A DNA stretch of 64,000 nucleotides from Monocercomonoides exilis PA203 (lineage: Eukaryota > Protista > Preaxostyla): the NCBI GenBank assembly GCA_001643675.2, contig LSRY02000017.1, forward strand, positions 558,001 through 622,000, given 5' to 3'. The notes below the pieces were generated by a model, which had not been told where the DNA came from, made no database searches, and worked only from the letters and a program-made list of their open reading frames with translations. A program made the position numbers and the translations under genes. Positions 46,792 through 60,185 of the stretch are shown piece by piece (positions within the stretch are counted from its first letter, which is position 1; each line of letters opens with the position of its first letter).

Positions 46792-47402
46792 TCACGTTTT
46801 TACAACTTGGGTTGCAGTTACCAAATCTTCAATAAATGTATCATAATTTTTCCGTAATTCTGAAAGAGATTCCATCAATTGTTCATGTTCTTTGCGCTCC
46901 TTTAAAAAAATTTTTTATAAAATTTATAAAATTACTAATTGTTTCATTACCTGTTCCAGCTCTGCAGCTAATTTGAATTGTTCTTTTGTTTCTTCTTCAA
47001 GAGAACGATATACATTTTCTCTAGATATTTTTTTAATGAAGGTATCAAAAATTTTAACAAAAAAAGAAAATAATTAAAAAATTATCTCCAACTTTTCATC
47101 AACTTTTGCACATGCTTCTAAAATATTACGCTCTTTCATGAGGTTAACAAATTCTTCCTTTTAAAAAAGTTGTTAAGAAAAACCGATACATTATATCATA
47201 CAGTTGCATTTTTATTAAAATCAGACAATAGTCGTTCATGAATTTGCCCAAGGCTTTTCTCTGCTTGAGAAGTTATAATAGCCTTTCCTTTTGCAGCATC
47301 ACGAAAACATTGCAAAAACACTTCTTGAGGCAAAGCAAGAGAATCGTTAAGTGCATCACATAGCAAGCTACCCAACAAATTTGTTCGGTTTAATTGTTGC
47401 AT
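46792..47402 (-). CDS. Small coiled-coil protein, NNF1/PMF1-like (Mis12 kinetochore complex), ~147 aa; exons 47402-47202, 47157-47093, 47020-46951, 46899-46792
   Basis: Four exons join in frame via GT-AG introns. RTNLLGSLLCDALNDSL...FLQCF...IHERLLSDF...EEFVNLMKERNILEACAKVD resembles the Nnf1 pattern (F..CFP ... EF..I..E..L...L..LD), followed by a coiled coil. Gene model is fairly firm, family identity moderate. Confidence 0.62.
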
Positions 47403-47551
47403 TATTTATGATGGGGCAATTTCATTCAATTGAAAAATAACAAATAAAATGAATTCTATATTTCATGCCGTTTTGAAAATTGCTATTATTAATATGTAAA
47501 GAAAAAATTTTGTAACCTTTATATTTTTATTTCACTGTTTCAACAAAAACA
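47403..47551. promoter_or_regulatory. Putative bidirectional promoter between the NNF1-like gene and the giant plus-strand gene
   Basis: 149-bp AT-rich gap between divergent ATGs. Confidence 0.5.
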
Positions 47552-50500
47552 ATGATCTCTCGACGAAAAAAGCGTCGTACTGCTTCGTCGTATGAAGATC
47601 AGCTGTTCCTTAAAGATCCAGAGAAGCAACAAGAATACTTTGTCTTTCTTGCAAAGTCATTGTATTTTACTGTTGTAAAAGGTAATAATCGTTTAATATT
47701 CGATCAGTACAGGACTGACGAAATGATATCATTTTTGATTCCGGTATAAAATAATTTTTTGGATGTCATTGTTTATGATCGTTCTAATATCGATTGTTTA
47801 TTACTTACAAAGGCACTTTGTTCAATAAGAGATACAAAAACCTTTTCTCTGGCAGTCTTTGTGTGTAAATCTTGACTTATTCGAATTTTTCATGATTTTT
47901 AATTATAGTCCGTTTCAATGCTGATTAAAGAGCATCGAACCGCAACTCTTCATTTTGCAACGGCAGTATTAAATCATTTATCGATTCATCCTTTTTGTCC
48001 GGGGATTTTTGACGCACTTTCAATACTTGTACTTGATGCACCTATTTTAATTGAGGTTTATTTTAATGAAATTTTATTTTTTAATTAGCAAAAAATTTGA
48101 CTTTTCAGTATATAAGCTCGTTGGATATTCTTGGAAAGGCCCTGGATTGCTTGACAACTGAATATGAACAGCTTCCAGTAGAACAACAACAACAACGCGA
48201 AGAAGACAATCAAGTTAGAGAAGAAGAGGAATCAAAACAAGATCCACCGGCCGAAGAAGAAAAAATTACAAATCCTTTTTCGAACGCTGTTGCAACAATA
48301 ACTCAAAGAGATGATCCTGTTTTGCCAATTCCTCCAATGAAAACAAATCAAGAAAAATCATCAGATTCCCCAAAAAATACTTCTCTTGTTATTGAATCAC
48401 AATACGAGTCTTCAAATTCAGCATTTCCTTTTTCTTCTTCTGTTTCCTCCTCTACGCCCTCTTCCACTTCATGTTCTTCTGTCATTTTAGCACCTCCCAC
48501 GACACAAGCTCCCACCGATCCATCAGATTCCCCTCTGACCACTTCAGCCTTTCTCGAAGCCAAAATGAAGCTATCACTTTCGTCTCCATTTGCCATTGAC
48601 GAATCTTCCACAGTTCCTGACAACAACAACAAGCCTTCTGACACACCTGCTCAAGGCGATCTTGCATTGGAGCATCTTTCCTCTGGCGATGCACAGCCAC
48701 CACAAACAAGTCCAGACATCCATCAACACACTGAAGAATCCCAAGAGCAGCGGTACGAGCCGAACAGTAACAACAACAGAAACATCACAAACAACAGCAA
48801 TAACACAGGCGCAGGTGCAGTTGTAGGTACATCCGCAGGTGCCAACACTGCCCACTCTCAATACGAATCGCAGTTTCTGTCTGAGCCGCTGACGAACGAC
48901 TCGTGCCGCTTCAACAGCTACGACGAGCCAGAGGAGCTGGACGAGGACAGCCTCGACGAAGAGAGCAGCGAGTCCAGCGGCGGCCAGACAGACAGCCAGG
49001 CAGACTTTGCGGTGAGGCAAGGGGAGCAGGAGAGGACAAATGAGGAAGGAGAAAGAGAAGGATCAGGTACAGGTACAGGTGCAGGAGCAGAACAGGAGCC
49101 TTCACATAACTTTGGGTTTTTCGGGGTGATTGGGCCTGCTGATGACGGGCATTCGTCTCCGCCGTCGTCTGCTTCTGCTTCTGCCTCAGCAACACCAGTC
49201 ATATCCTCTGCTTCTGCCTCTCAGTCGCAGAAATCTGAGCAGAGCGCTCCAAACACACCGAATTCTTCCAGTTCCGCCAGCCATCCAACCAGCCAAGCCA
49301 CTTCAATCATCTCATCCAATCAAACAACCACAAACAACCAGAACAGTCAGAACAACCCTCCTCTCCCTCCCCTCGCCATCAACCGCCAGCGCAGCCGGCT
49401 CTCCCAGCTGCAGACACACCAGCGCCCTTTCGTTCCCCCACTCCACGCACTTCACCCAACCACCCCGTTCACTTCGCTCCCTTCTCCTCTTTCTTCTGCC
49501 CACGGCACGTTTCCTCTGCTCACCCCTTCCTCAACCGCCGCAGCGTCGAACCGCGGATTTATCATCCCGAGGTCGAATATTGCCGGCATGGCTGGTGCGG
49601 CAGGAGTAGCGGGCGTAGCAGGGAATTCTACGCGCTCTTCTTTGTCTCCTTTCCCTCTGCTGCTTTCCAGCCGGCAAGGCATGCAAACAGCACAGTCACC
49701 GCACGAGGCTGGTCCACACCCGCCGTTCATCTCATTCACCTCACATAATCCGTCTTTCTCATCCTCTTTCATTTCATCTCAGGCAATCTTCCAGACCAAC
49801 ACGTCACTCCCGCTCAGTTATGCATTTCAAAGCCGCAACATCCCCATCACTTCGCTTCCGTTCTCCTCCCACTCTTCAAAGCTCGCTGCGATGTCCCGTC
49901 TTGCAGGTGCTACATACGCCAGCATGCATTCGTCCCTTCTTCTCTTCACCCTTCGCTTCGCCTCCAAGCAGCCTTCTTGTCTGATCGACCCTTCCACATC
50001 ACACCCTCTCTCTGATGCATTCTCCCCCATTGGCAAAGGGCATATTAGAGGAGGAGGAGGAGAAGAAGAAAACGAACCATCCAGACACTACACTTCAGAC
50101 ACTTCACCCAGAAATCATGCATCATCATCATCTTCCTCTTCTTCTTCTTCCTCTTCTTCTTTTTCATTGTCCTCAATCCAATCCAGCATCGACTCCGTTC
50201 TCACTGGAAAATCACCGCTGTACTTTGCTGCTTTGCCCTTTGGCGCGCTCTCCTATTTGAATGACAGAAAGCACAAGACACAGCATCCAACATATTTGTT
50301 CTGCGAAGACACAAACACACTCATCACAAGGCAGAAATATGGAAATAGCAATAATTGCAATAATAATAATAATAGTTCAAGATCATTTGAAGCAAGAGGA
50401 GGAGGAGGAGGAGGAGGAGGAATGGGAGGAAGTAGCAGCAATTACAACAACAATAGCAGCAACAACAACAGTAACATTATTGCCTTCAACACAGCGCAAT

Positions 50501-53500
50501 CCCAGCTTGCCCCTCCTTTCTTCTCCGCCCGGCGTTCCTCATTCACTTCCTCTGAGCTCGAAAGCGAAGACCGGCTGTTCCAAAGCACCTCAACCAACGG
50601 CTCCCCTCACTCTTTCCTCTCTTCTGGCTCCAACACTTCACCAACCACAGCCGCTGCGATGATGATGATGGCAGCATCAGCATCATCAGTGACAGGCTCT
50701 GAGCTCCCTGTCTTCAACCGTGTGCCTCTTTCTGTTCACCCAAGTCACACCCACTTCATGTTCACTCCATCTTCTCAAGCTTCTTCTTCTTCTTCTTCCT
50801 CCTCCTCTGCCCCGTCTTACCCTCCCAACACCTCCGGAGCCTCCAACGGTGTCATCATCCCCAGCGCCAGCACCACCACTGCCAGTTCCACCACCGCCAC
50901 CAATGCCACCAACGCCGATCTCCACTCGTCTGTTGCTCTGACCATCCCATCCAGCGGAGGCAGCACAGCAAAGGGGAACAACACACACTCCTCTGCCAAG
51001 CACTCCTCGCCCCGCTGCCTCACCTCGCTGCTGGGCGAGCTCGAGTTTGACGGCAGCACACTCCACACCGTGAAGCAGGAGCAGGAGCAGCAGATGCTCA
51101 GACACATCCTCCGCTTTGTCGTGCCTATCCCTCACGACCCGTCGTTCCGCCCTCCTTTTGAACTGCTCTCGGCTCTGTCGACACTCTCGTCGTCTGCTGC
51201 AGCTACTACTACACAGCAGCAGACACCTCTTTCTGCAAGGCAGTTACAGTTGCAGATGCAAATGCAAATGCAACTTCACCCACAACATCAAAGTCAGCAT
51301 CAACATTATCATCATCAGAACCAACTCCAGCTCCAACAACAACAGCAGGTGCCTACCATCATCTCCACTCCTGCCTCCCCCCTCGACTTCGACCCAGCCC
51401 CACGCCCAACGCCATTCCATGTGCGTCCTCTGACTCAATCCATGCTCTCTTTCTTGTCCCAACCAGAGGTCTCCTTGCTGCTCCCTTGTTATGCCATTGA
51501 AGCATTCTCAGTGGAGTCAAACGAGCACTACGAGGCACACGGGAGGGCGATGTGGCCGGGGTTCTGCAGAGAAGGAGGGATTGGGCTTGGGATTGTGTGT
51601 GGAAGCAACCACCATTCGCGGGCGAGGGTGCTGCCGCCGGCGCCGATTGTGGTGCTGCCGGAAAAAAGAGTGAAGTCGCTGGTGCAGAAACTGGAGTCGG
51701 TGAGAGAGGAAAGAGGAGAAAGAGGAGGAGAAAGAGGAAGGGGAGGAGAAGGAGAAAGAGAAGGAGGGCTGCAATCAGGGGATTCTGAATCGTCTTCTGA
51801 GAATAAGGGGAATAAAGGGAAGAAGGAGAAGAAAGAGAAGAAGGAAAAGGGAGAGAAGAAGGAGAGGAAGGAAAAGGGAAGAGAAGGGCATAGACACCAC
51901 ACGAAGCACAAAGGAACAACTTCTTCTTCAACAACAGCTGCTGCTTTAAAAGAAGAAGAATACAGAAAAGAAAGAGAATACAGGGAATACAGAGAAAGAG
52001 AAAGAGAAAGAGAAAGAGAAAGAGAACGGCAAAGAGAAAAGGAAAGGGAAAGAGAAAGAGAAAGAAGAGAACACGAAGTCAATGCAGATAACATGCAAAT
52101 TCACAGAGCCAGTGAGCCCTTTCACATGTATTCAAACGCTGAAGACACCGCAAACTTACGCGAAATACGGAGATATGCCTCCTTTTCGCCTGAAATCCTC
52201 TGCCCGCGCGCAGAAATGGTGCGTTTCCAGTCAGAGCTTCCCCTCCAGGACAAAAGAGACCACACAAACAATCTTTCTCTCCCCTTCGAGCTACAAAGCA
52301 CTGCCCTGTCTGATTTCAAGACGTCCACCCCAAACTCCCCCATCCCTTCCCCAACACGCATTCATTCTCCGCTCATCCTCCAAAACTGCTCGCTCAGCCG
52401 CTTCCCTCTCGCTGCCTCTTCCCCAACGATCGCAGCTGCTCTGTCCCACCAGCCGTCGATGGCGAAGCTGGTGAAGATGTCACAGGACTCCTCGCCTGCC
52501 CCTGTGTTCAACGTGCGCACACGCACACACGTGCAGCACTCGCCGTATTCGACCTCTGCTGCCTCTCCTGCCGTCTCCCGCCCTCCCTCTCCTAGCGGCT
52601 CTTTCAGTCTGCACAGCTCTCCGTTGAACACACTGAACAACATGCATTCGCTGCACAAGACACACACAGGCGTTGCAACTTCGCCGTTGGAGCAAGGGAA
52701 GATGAAAGGGAAAAACGGGTTTGGAGAAGAAGGACAGCAAAGATCGTTGAGAAGAATGGCGAGTGAAAAGTCACAGGCGCAGAAGTCAACCACATCGCGC
52801 TCGCACAAAACACACAGATCAGCCAAAAATGCAGTGTTTCAGCCATCTGCCGTCCCAACCACGCCTTCAAAGACAGCCAGAACGAGCGCATTCACAAAGC
52901 GACTGAGTCAAATGCAGCAGCAACAGACGCCTTCGTTGGCACAAGCACAGCTCCCTCTGATCATCGTGCTGTCTCAACAGCGCATGTTTGATCCTTTCTC
53001 TTCACTTTATCCAAGCCGGCTGGTTGCCCCACCTCGCCTTACCCTCTTCTCCCACGTGCTCCCCTCAAACATCATCCAGAAGTACTTTCTCCCTTCGCTC
53101 ATCAACTGCATCCGGCGTTCTTTGCCTTCCTCCCCTACCTCTGTCTCTGCCATCCCCATCCTTTCGCTCCCGTTTCAATTCGAAAACAAACAAGGAGCAG
53201 CTATTTCTTCTCAGGAGTCATTTCCTTTCCCGCGCCACCGCTCCAGCAACATGGCTTATGCCCCTTCTTCTCCTTTGATGCCTGGCTCACCTACACGCTC
53301 AACCACACCACCAATGGCGTTGTATTCACAGAGACAGGTTCAGCTGCTGCCGCCACAGCAGTCACAGACTCAGCTTTCACAGACACAGACACAGACACAA
53401 TCACAGTCAATGGCTGCATCGTCGATGTATTCCAAACAAAATGGGGGTTCAGGGAAGGGGAATGGAAATGTGCAGGCTCCTGCGAGCAGTTGCAGAGGAA

Positions 53501-56500
53501 ACGGAGGAAATGGAAACGGAGGAGAGAATAAAATACAGAATTTTGGTGATGGGCAATCAAATGCAACAGCACCATCGCCTTCATCTTCATCTTCATCTTC
53601 ATCGACTGCACTTAATCCATCGCCTTCTTCCCAAACGAATGAAAGCGGTCATTCTTCTCAACCTCCTTCAGATTCTCTTCAAATCCAAAAACGAACAAAC
53701 TCCAAACATGAGACAGGGTTTTTTGCGTCTATCAAAACTTTGCTGAAGAAGATGTTTGGAGGAAACAGCGGAACATCGCAGCAAACAGGCCATTCGAAAC
53801 ATTCTTCTTCATCTTCTTCTTCCTCTTCAGCCAGCGGAGCCAAAAACGAAGGAAAATCGAGTTCAAAGAAAAAACACAGGAAGAATTCACTGTCACATCC
53901 TTCGCTATCACCGATACAGTCAACATCTGCACTCAATGGCCAGCAGTCAAATTATTCAGACACTTCGTCATCATCATCATCTTCTTCTTCTCCTTCTTCT
54001 TCAACATCAACCACTTCAAGCTCAAACTTATTCACTCCATCCACTTCGCCAAACGCCAGCACTTCGTCCTCACTTCAGCCCTCTGCCTTTGAAGCTTATT
54101 CATGCCAGTCACACACACCCTCCCGCTCTCTCATGTTCCCTTCCACTTCAGCCTCTCCAAGCTCTTCCTCCACTTCTTCTTCTTCTTCTTTATCTTCTTC
54201 CTCTTCCTCTTCCTATTCTTCTTCTTCTTCTTCCATTTCATCCGCTTCCTCCACTTTCTCTTCCTCCGTCCTCACCTCTGTTGGACTCACTTCATCTTCT
54301 TCATTCCAGCTGCCTCCTTCAGATTCTCCGTCACTTCAGCCACTTCCACAGTCACAGCTCCGCACCTCCCTTCTTCTCCAGTCTGACTCTGCGGACGCCT
54401 CCGCCCGCTCCACTTCAGTCACATTCCAGCCGCTCCCTTTCCCTTCTGACGAATCCACCTCAAAACCGTCCTGCCCTTCTTCACATTCGGTCTCCCCTCC
54501 ACTCCCCGTGTCCAGCACTAACCGACACAGGGGCTCCTCTCTCCCGCCGCTCCGCCTCTCTTCCATCAAAGCAGCCAGCCGCTCTTTCCTCAACAGCGCC
54601 CACACCCCGTCTGTCCCAGACTCCTCCAAGTCCGCTTTCCCACCGCCTCTCAAGTCGCCCACACTCACACTCAACACTGACGTCCTCACAGTCAACACCC
54701 AGCTCCAGATCAAGCTCCCTTCCTCGCTGCATGCACTTGCTTTGGGCCCAAATGGGGCAGCGTTGGCGGCGTTTCTTAACATCGCCTCGTTCAACCTGTG
54801 CGACGGCTTCACGGACTTCGGGTTTGACGAGGTGTATTTGTTCTCTTCGTCTTCGAGTGCGTATGCGCTGTACACAGCGTCGTATTTGGGGTTTTTGAAC
54901 CAGTTCCACATTGCCTCGCAGGCAGACAAGAGCTCATTTAGGATGCGACTTAGTGACAGCGAAGAAGAAGACAAAGGAGGAAGAAGAAGGACAGATGAAG
55001 AAAATGAAGAGGAAGAGGACGAGGATGATGAGGGAGAAAGAGAAGGAGAAGAAGAAGGGTCGAGAGAGAGAAACAGAGGAAGAGGAAGAGGCAGAGGCAG
55101 AGAAAGATATAGAGACAGAGGAGGAAACGGGATAGAAGACAACCGCAGCACTGACGAACGAAAGGGAGAAAACGTTTCACTTCTGCCATCTATGCGACCT
55201 GCCGCTCTGCATCTGAACCTGCCGAAGACGGAAAAGGACGATCCAGCCGCATCATCGCCACCACAATCACAATCACAATCACAGCAACAGCAGCAGCAAC
55301 TGCACAAAAGCGACCAGATGTCTCTTCAGACACCAAATGCACCAGACCACGACTCCTTGTCCTCTCTGCACCCATCTTCGGTCTTCGGAGATATTCGACG
55401 CTCGGTTGGGTATGCACCATCGGGATCAATGAATCTTCTTCCTTACTCTTCCACTCCTCATCTCGAGATCGCCACCAGCCGCACAGGCACACTCACAGAA
55501 GGACAGCCCTTCCCTTCAGTCTCAAGTTTTCCCCTGTCATCCCCTACGAGCAATTCGCATTCTCATTCACATTCACACACACAGTCTTCCTCTCAGCTGC
55601 ATGCTGCTTCGAACTCGTCTTCGCTGGCGCTTGTGACATATGCTCACTCGCCTGTCTATTTGACGCGCTCGCCGTTCACTCTCTTCTGCACCACACATAT
55701 CTTTGATGCGTTTGCAGACTTTGTGTACGACCTCACGAACAACTGGAAGAAGAAGAACAAGAAGCTGAGCTCGAAGCGAGGGACAACCAGAGAGAAGAAG
55801 CAGAAGAAGAAAGAATCACATTCACACAGGAATTCAGACACACAGTCCAAATCTCGAAGCAAAAGAGGGTCATCGGGCAAGCAGCACAAGACACATTATC
55901 CACATAATGCACATAGCACTCACAATCCTCATAACCTTCATAACATTCACAGCCCCCACAAACACCACAACGAGAGCAGCCAACTGCTCAGCCACCGCAC
56001 TTCCAAGATTGCTTCAATGTGGAGCTCACCCCGCTCACTCATTGGCGGAGCCTATCGCAGCAGCTACATCCAGCCGAAGCAGAGGACCCACAACAAAGCA
56101 GACAAAATGGCAAAGGCATCAGCAACAGCAACAGCAGAAGCAGCAGTAGATGTCGCATCCACACCGTCTATTCGGAAGGCTTCATCAGAACTGAATGTGC
56201 AGGAGCAGGAGAAGCACCGCCTGGAGCTGGAGGAGTCAGCGATGAAGGCAGCAAGCGCAATGCCCTTGCAGCGCATGCACGAACACAGCCAGCATCAGAA
56301 CCAGAATCAGCAGCAGCAACAACAGCAATATCATCATCATAACCAATATCAACAACAACAACAGCAGCAGCAGAATGCACCACGAGCAGTCGGTTCATCT
56401 AACACATCCATCTCTTCACAGCCGTCGTCCAAGCAGAGCATGCGATCAGAGACACAGAGCATGGACAACCGCCGTTCGAATATAACAGTCAAAGCCGCAG

Positions 56501-59500
56501 GAACATCAGCTGGAGTCACGCCCCGCACAGACTCAGTTCACAATTCCCCGCGCAGCACGACTTCTTCCAAATACTCGCTCAACTCGCACTCAACAGCACA
56601 CACGTTTCCATCGGACTTTGAAGAGTCACCACGCTTTTTCCGCTCGCATCTGCTGTCTTCTTCTGCGAAGAAGAGGAAAGCCAGCGACGGCATCAAGCAA
56701 AGAGCGAGGACAAGACGGACACCCCGCACAGTTTCACCAATGAGTGAAGATGAGTCAGGATACCAGCAGCGCTCAGCAACACCTGCACCTGTGTATTTTC
56801 CCCCACTCACGCCAACAGATCTGGCAAGATTGAGAGTGGCGTCGCTGAAGATTGTCGAGGCAATCATCAACACACAGCCGACTAAGAGCGACCAGGAAAG
56901 AATTGTCGCAACTGTCTTTTCGGAAGAGTCGGCACTTATCTTGCTGCCTCGTCTGGGAAGCGGCAACGCACCGTCATCATCATCATCTTCTTCTACATCA
57001 TCAGCATCTTCTTCTTCTTCTTCTTTCTCTCCATCTTCCCTTTCTATTATTCCATTCAAGAACAAATCCGAGGACAGTTCTGAGGCAATAGACAAGAACG
57101 ACGCGAGTGCGTTTGTGCTGTCCGGGAACAGGCAGCTTGCCCTTGCCCATCCTCAAACACCCCGTTCATCCATCAGCTTCTACTTCACATCGCTTCCTTC
57201 GATCTTCCTCGCCCAGACAGAACACGCACTGTGTGATTTGCTGCGCGCTATATCATGTCTGGTGGAGTATGAGACGATGAAGATGCACACTGAGTCACTC
57301 ATTCAGCGGATGGAGCTCTCAAAACAAGGAGACGAAGGCACCGACGCAGACGACGAGAGCAAAAGAGACCTCAGCGCAGCTGCCAGAGAAAAGATGAACC
57401 AAGTTCCCCTGTCGAACGAGCTGTCAGTGCAGTTGTCAGCATCCAGTCAGAGGAAGCAGCAGGGCTTAGAATTGACAGTGGGCAGTAGCAGTGGTGGTAG
57501 TAGCAATGCAGACTACCCTGCGATGGCAGCACTCCAAAATGCACTTACGCCACACTCTCCACACACAGGCAGCAGATGGCTCAGCGCCACACAAGAACAG
57601 TCCAAAGAAGGGCTGAGCCAGACACAAGGACAGTCACTATCTGCTAACCAGGAGCCGATCACACACGCCTCCTCGCTCTCTGCACATCAGGCGCAGTATT
57701 CATCACCTCCTCCTCCGTCAGCCATCACCCCGCCTGTTTTAGAAGATATTTCTCCTTCTCCTGACCCTGTTCTGTCATTCGTAGCGAGCCAGCTGTCAGC
57801 TGTGCTTCTGTGGCACCAGATGGTTCTCTCTCACGCACAGCAGCAGGACTTATTCCGCCCACTCACTCTTTTAGAGCAATATCTCTCCAAATGCGCCACG
57901 TCTGTCACAACGGTCAATGCTCTGTGCGCATTGGGTGAGCTCCTCATCAACCTCCGTTCGTCTCTGGCTGCCACAATGGAGTCGCTCTGCCTGCAGATCC
58001 AGAACATGTCCCCGATGTCCACGCTGTCCTCCTTCGCGATGATGCAAATGGCTGCGCAGTCAACCGCCTCGCAGAATGCCACGCTCAACTGGATGAACAC
58101 GGAGCTCGTGGAGAAGCTGTTTGAAGGGAACCCTCTTCTTTGGGAGATCTGCTCGCTGTTCATTTCGATCCTCACCCACCTCGCCATCAACGCAAACGAC
58201 TATTTTTCCTCACATCTCGTCATCAGCCTCATCCTCGGTACAAACACCGAGCCCGATCACTTCTCCCAGCACCACACCGCCTCCTGCTGCTTTACCTACT
58301 CCGGTTCTGCTTCTTCTTCGTCTGCAGCATTCATCCAGCCAACATGGTCAGTCAGCCAAAACATCAACTCTTCTCCTTCGTCCAATCCATCTACGCTGCA
58401 GTCCTCTTCACGTGCTGATCCATCATTCCCTTATCTTCCTGGAGATTCATTCCTCCACTCAACATACGAGTCTTCCTCACAGGCGAACTCTCCCTATGAC
58501 TCACAATCCCCTCCTGCTGAGTCTCTGCGCCCGAAGGACATGTTTCTGTACTGCATCATCCACTACGCCTTCTTAGACTGCTTTCTCGTCGACATCGAGC
58601 AGCCCTCTCTGAATGTGTCCTCGATCTCTGGCCATTCCGTGCCAATAACAATGCCAATGCCCATGCCAATGCCAGCATCAGCGCATTCGCCAATGTCCCA
58701 GGTCGACCAGACGATGTCCAGCAACTGCCAGTCCCTCCTCACCACAGGCGGCAGCAACCTGGGCGCGTCGTGCCCGGACTTCGTAACTGCTTCTTTTAAG
58801 TCGTTCCGCAAGCACCCGACTCCTTGTGGCTTCGATGGGGAAAAGCTCCTCCCACATTCCCATGTGAACTCGCCAATCGTGCTGCTGATGCGGATGCTGC
58901 GTTCTGTGGTGCACCTGATCTTCCGGGTGACTCAGTGGAACCAAACACAAGAGAACATTCTGTCATCTTGTGACGATGACTACGAGAGCGAGACGTTTGG
59001 CGACACCGCTGGACACGTCGAAGATTCCATCCGCTGGCCGTTCTCTGCGCTGCTACCACTGACTGCACCGATTGTGGGGCACATTGCAGAGCTTGTGATG
59101 CGCGTACATTCGGACAGCGCACGGCACGACGACGAGGAGAAGCGGAGAATGGAGCAGCGGGACGATCTAGGCGGGATATCTGAGCTTGATGTGGACGAAG
59201 ACAACCGCATGTTCTATGAGCAAGGGCATAACTCTGCCTCACCAAGCACAGCTGACTCAAGTGTTGCTGCATCATCTCCGATACACTCGGCAATGCTCCC
59301 GTTCTTGCGCAATCAATGCTTCATGTCTCCGTTCGTGTACTGCCTTCTCTTACACTTTCTCGTCGAGCTATTCTCAATCCCAAACAACCCCTTTGTCACT
59401 TACTCCACATTCGTCAATTTTTATGTGTCGCTCCACACAAACTGCTTTCTCCAGATATACTCAATGTGGCGTCGACCTTCATACAGACTGCTCAACCAGC

Positions 59501-60154
59501 AGCTTCAGTCTCACTGCTCGCACCGCTCCTCTGCCACTCCCTTTGTTCATCCATTCTCAGTCCCCTCGTGTCCTCCTTCACCTTCTCCTGGCAGCATCTA
59601 CCAATCCAACCCAATCTCTGTTCCTTCCCTGCCGCTTTCTCAACAGATGGACATCGCCAACCTGCATCTCCGGGCGTTGATGGCGTTTGCTGTGAACAAG
59701 CAGTCAGCACACACCAGAGACCTGTTTTACTCGCTGCACCTTGTGGACTTCATCGGGCGCGAGATCAACTTGGAGCACTCGCTCACGGCTTCTCTGAAGG
59801 ACGGCACAGAAATTGACTTCACAAGCACGTTTCCACAGCGTGAAGAGTTGTTTGGGGCGCCACTGACAGCAATCGATGCACCAGAGCCACTTGCACCTCT
59901 GCCTTCACAAACACACAATGCGAACGAAAAAAGCTCTCCGAAGGGATTATCGCCAAAATCAGACTCCAAACAGCGTCCATTGACTAAAGCGATCAACACA
60001 CTGCCTGCACTCCCCTTCATCCACACCTCGTCCATTCTGGATATACCGTCGTGCATGCCCCATCCTTATTCAAGTGTTGTTTCCCATCTGCCTCAGTGGG
60101 AAGAGGAAGACAACCAGATGGAGCTGCAGCAGTCGATCGAGACTGCGATGATTG

Positions 60155-60185
<31 letters not shown>

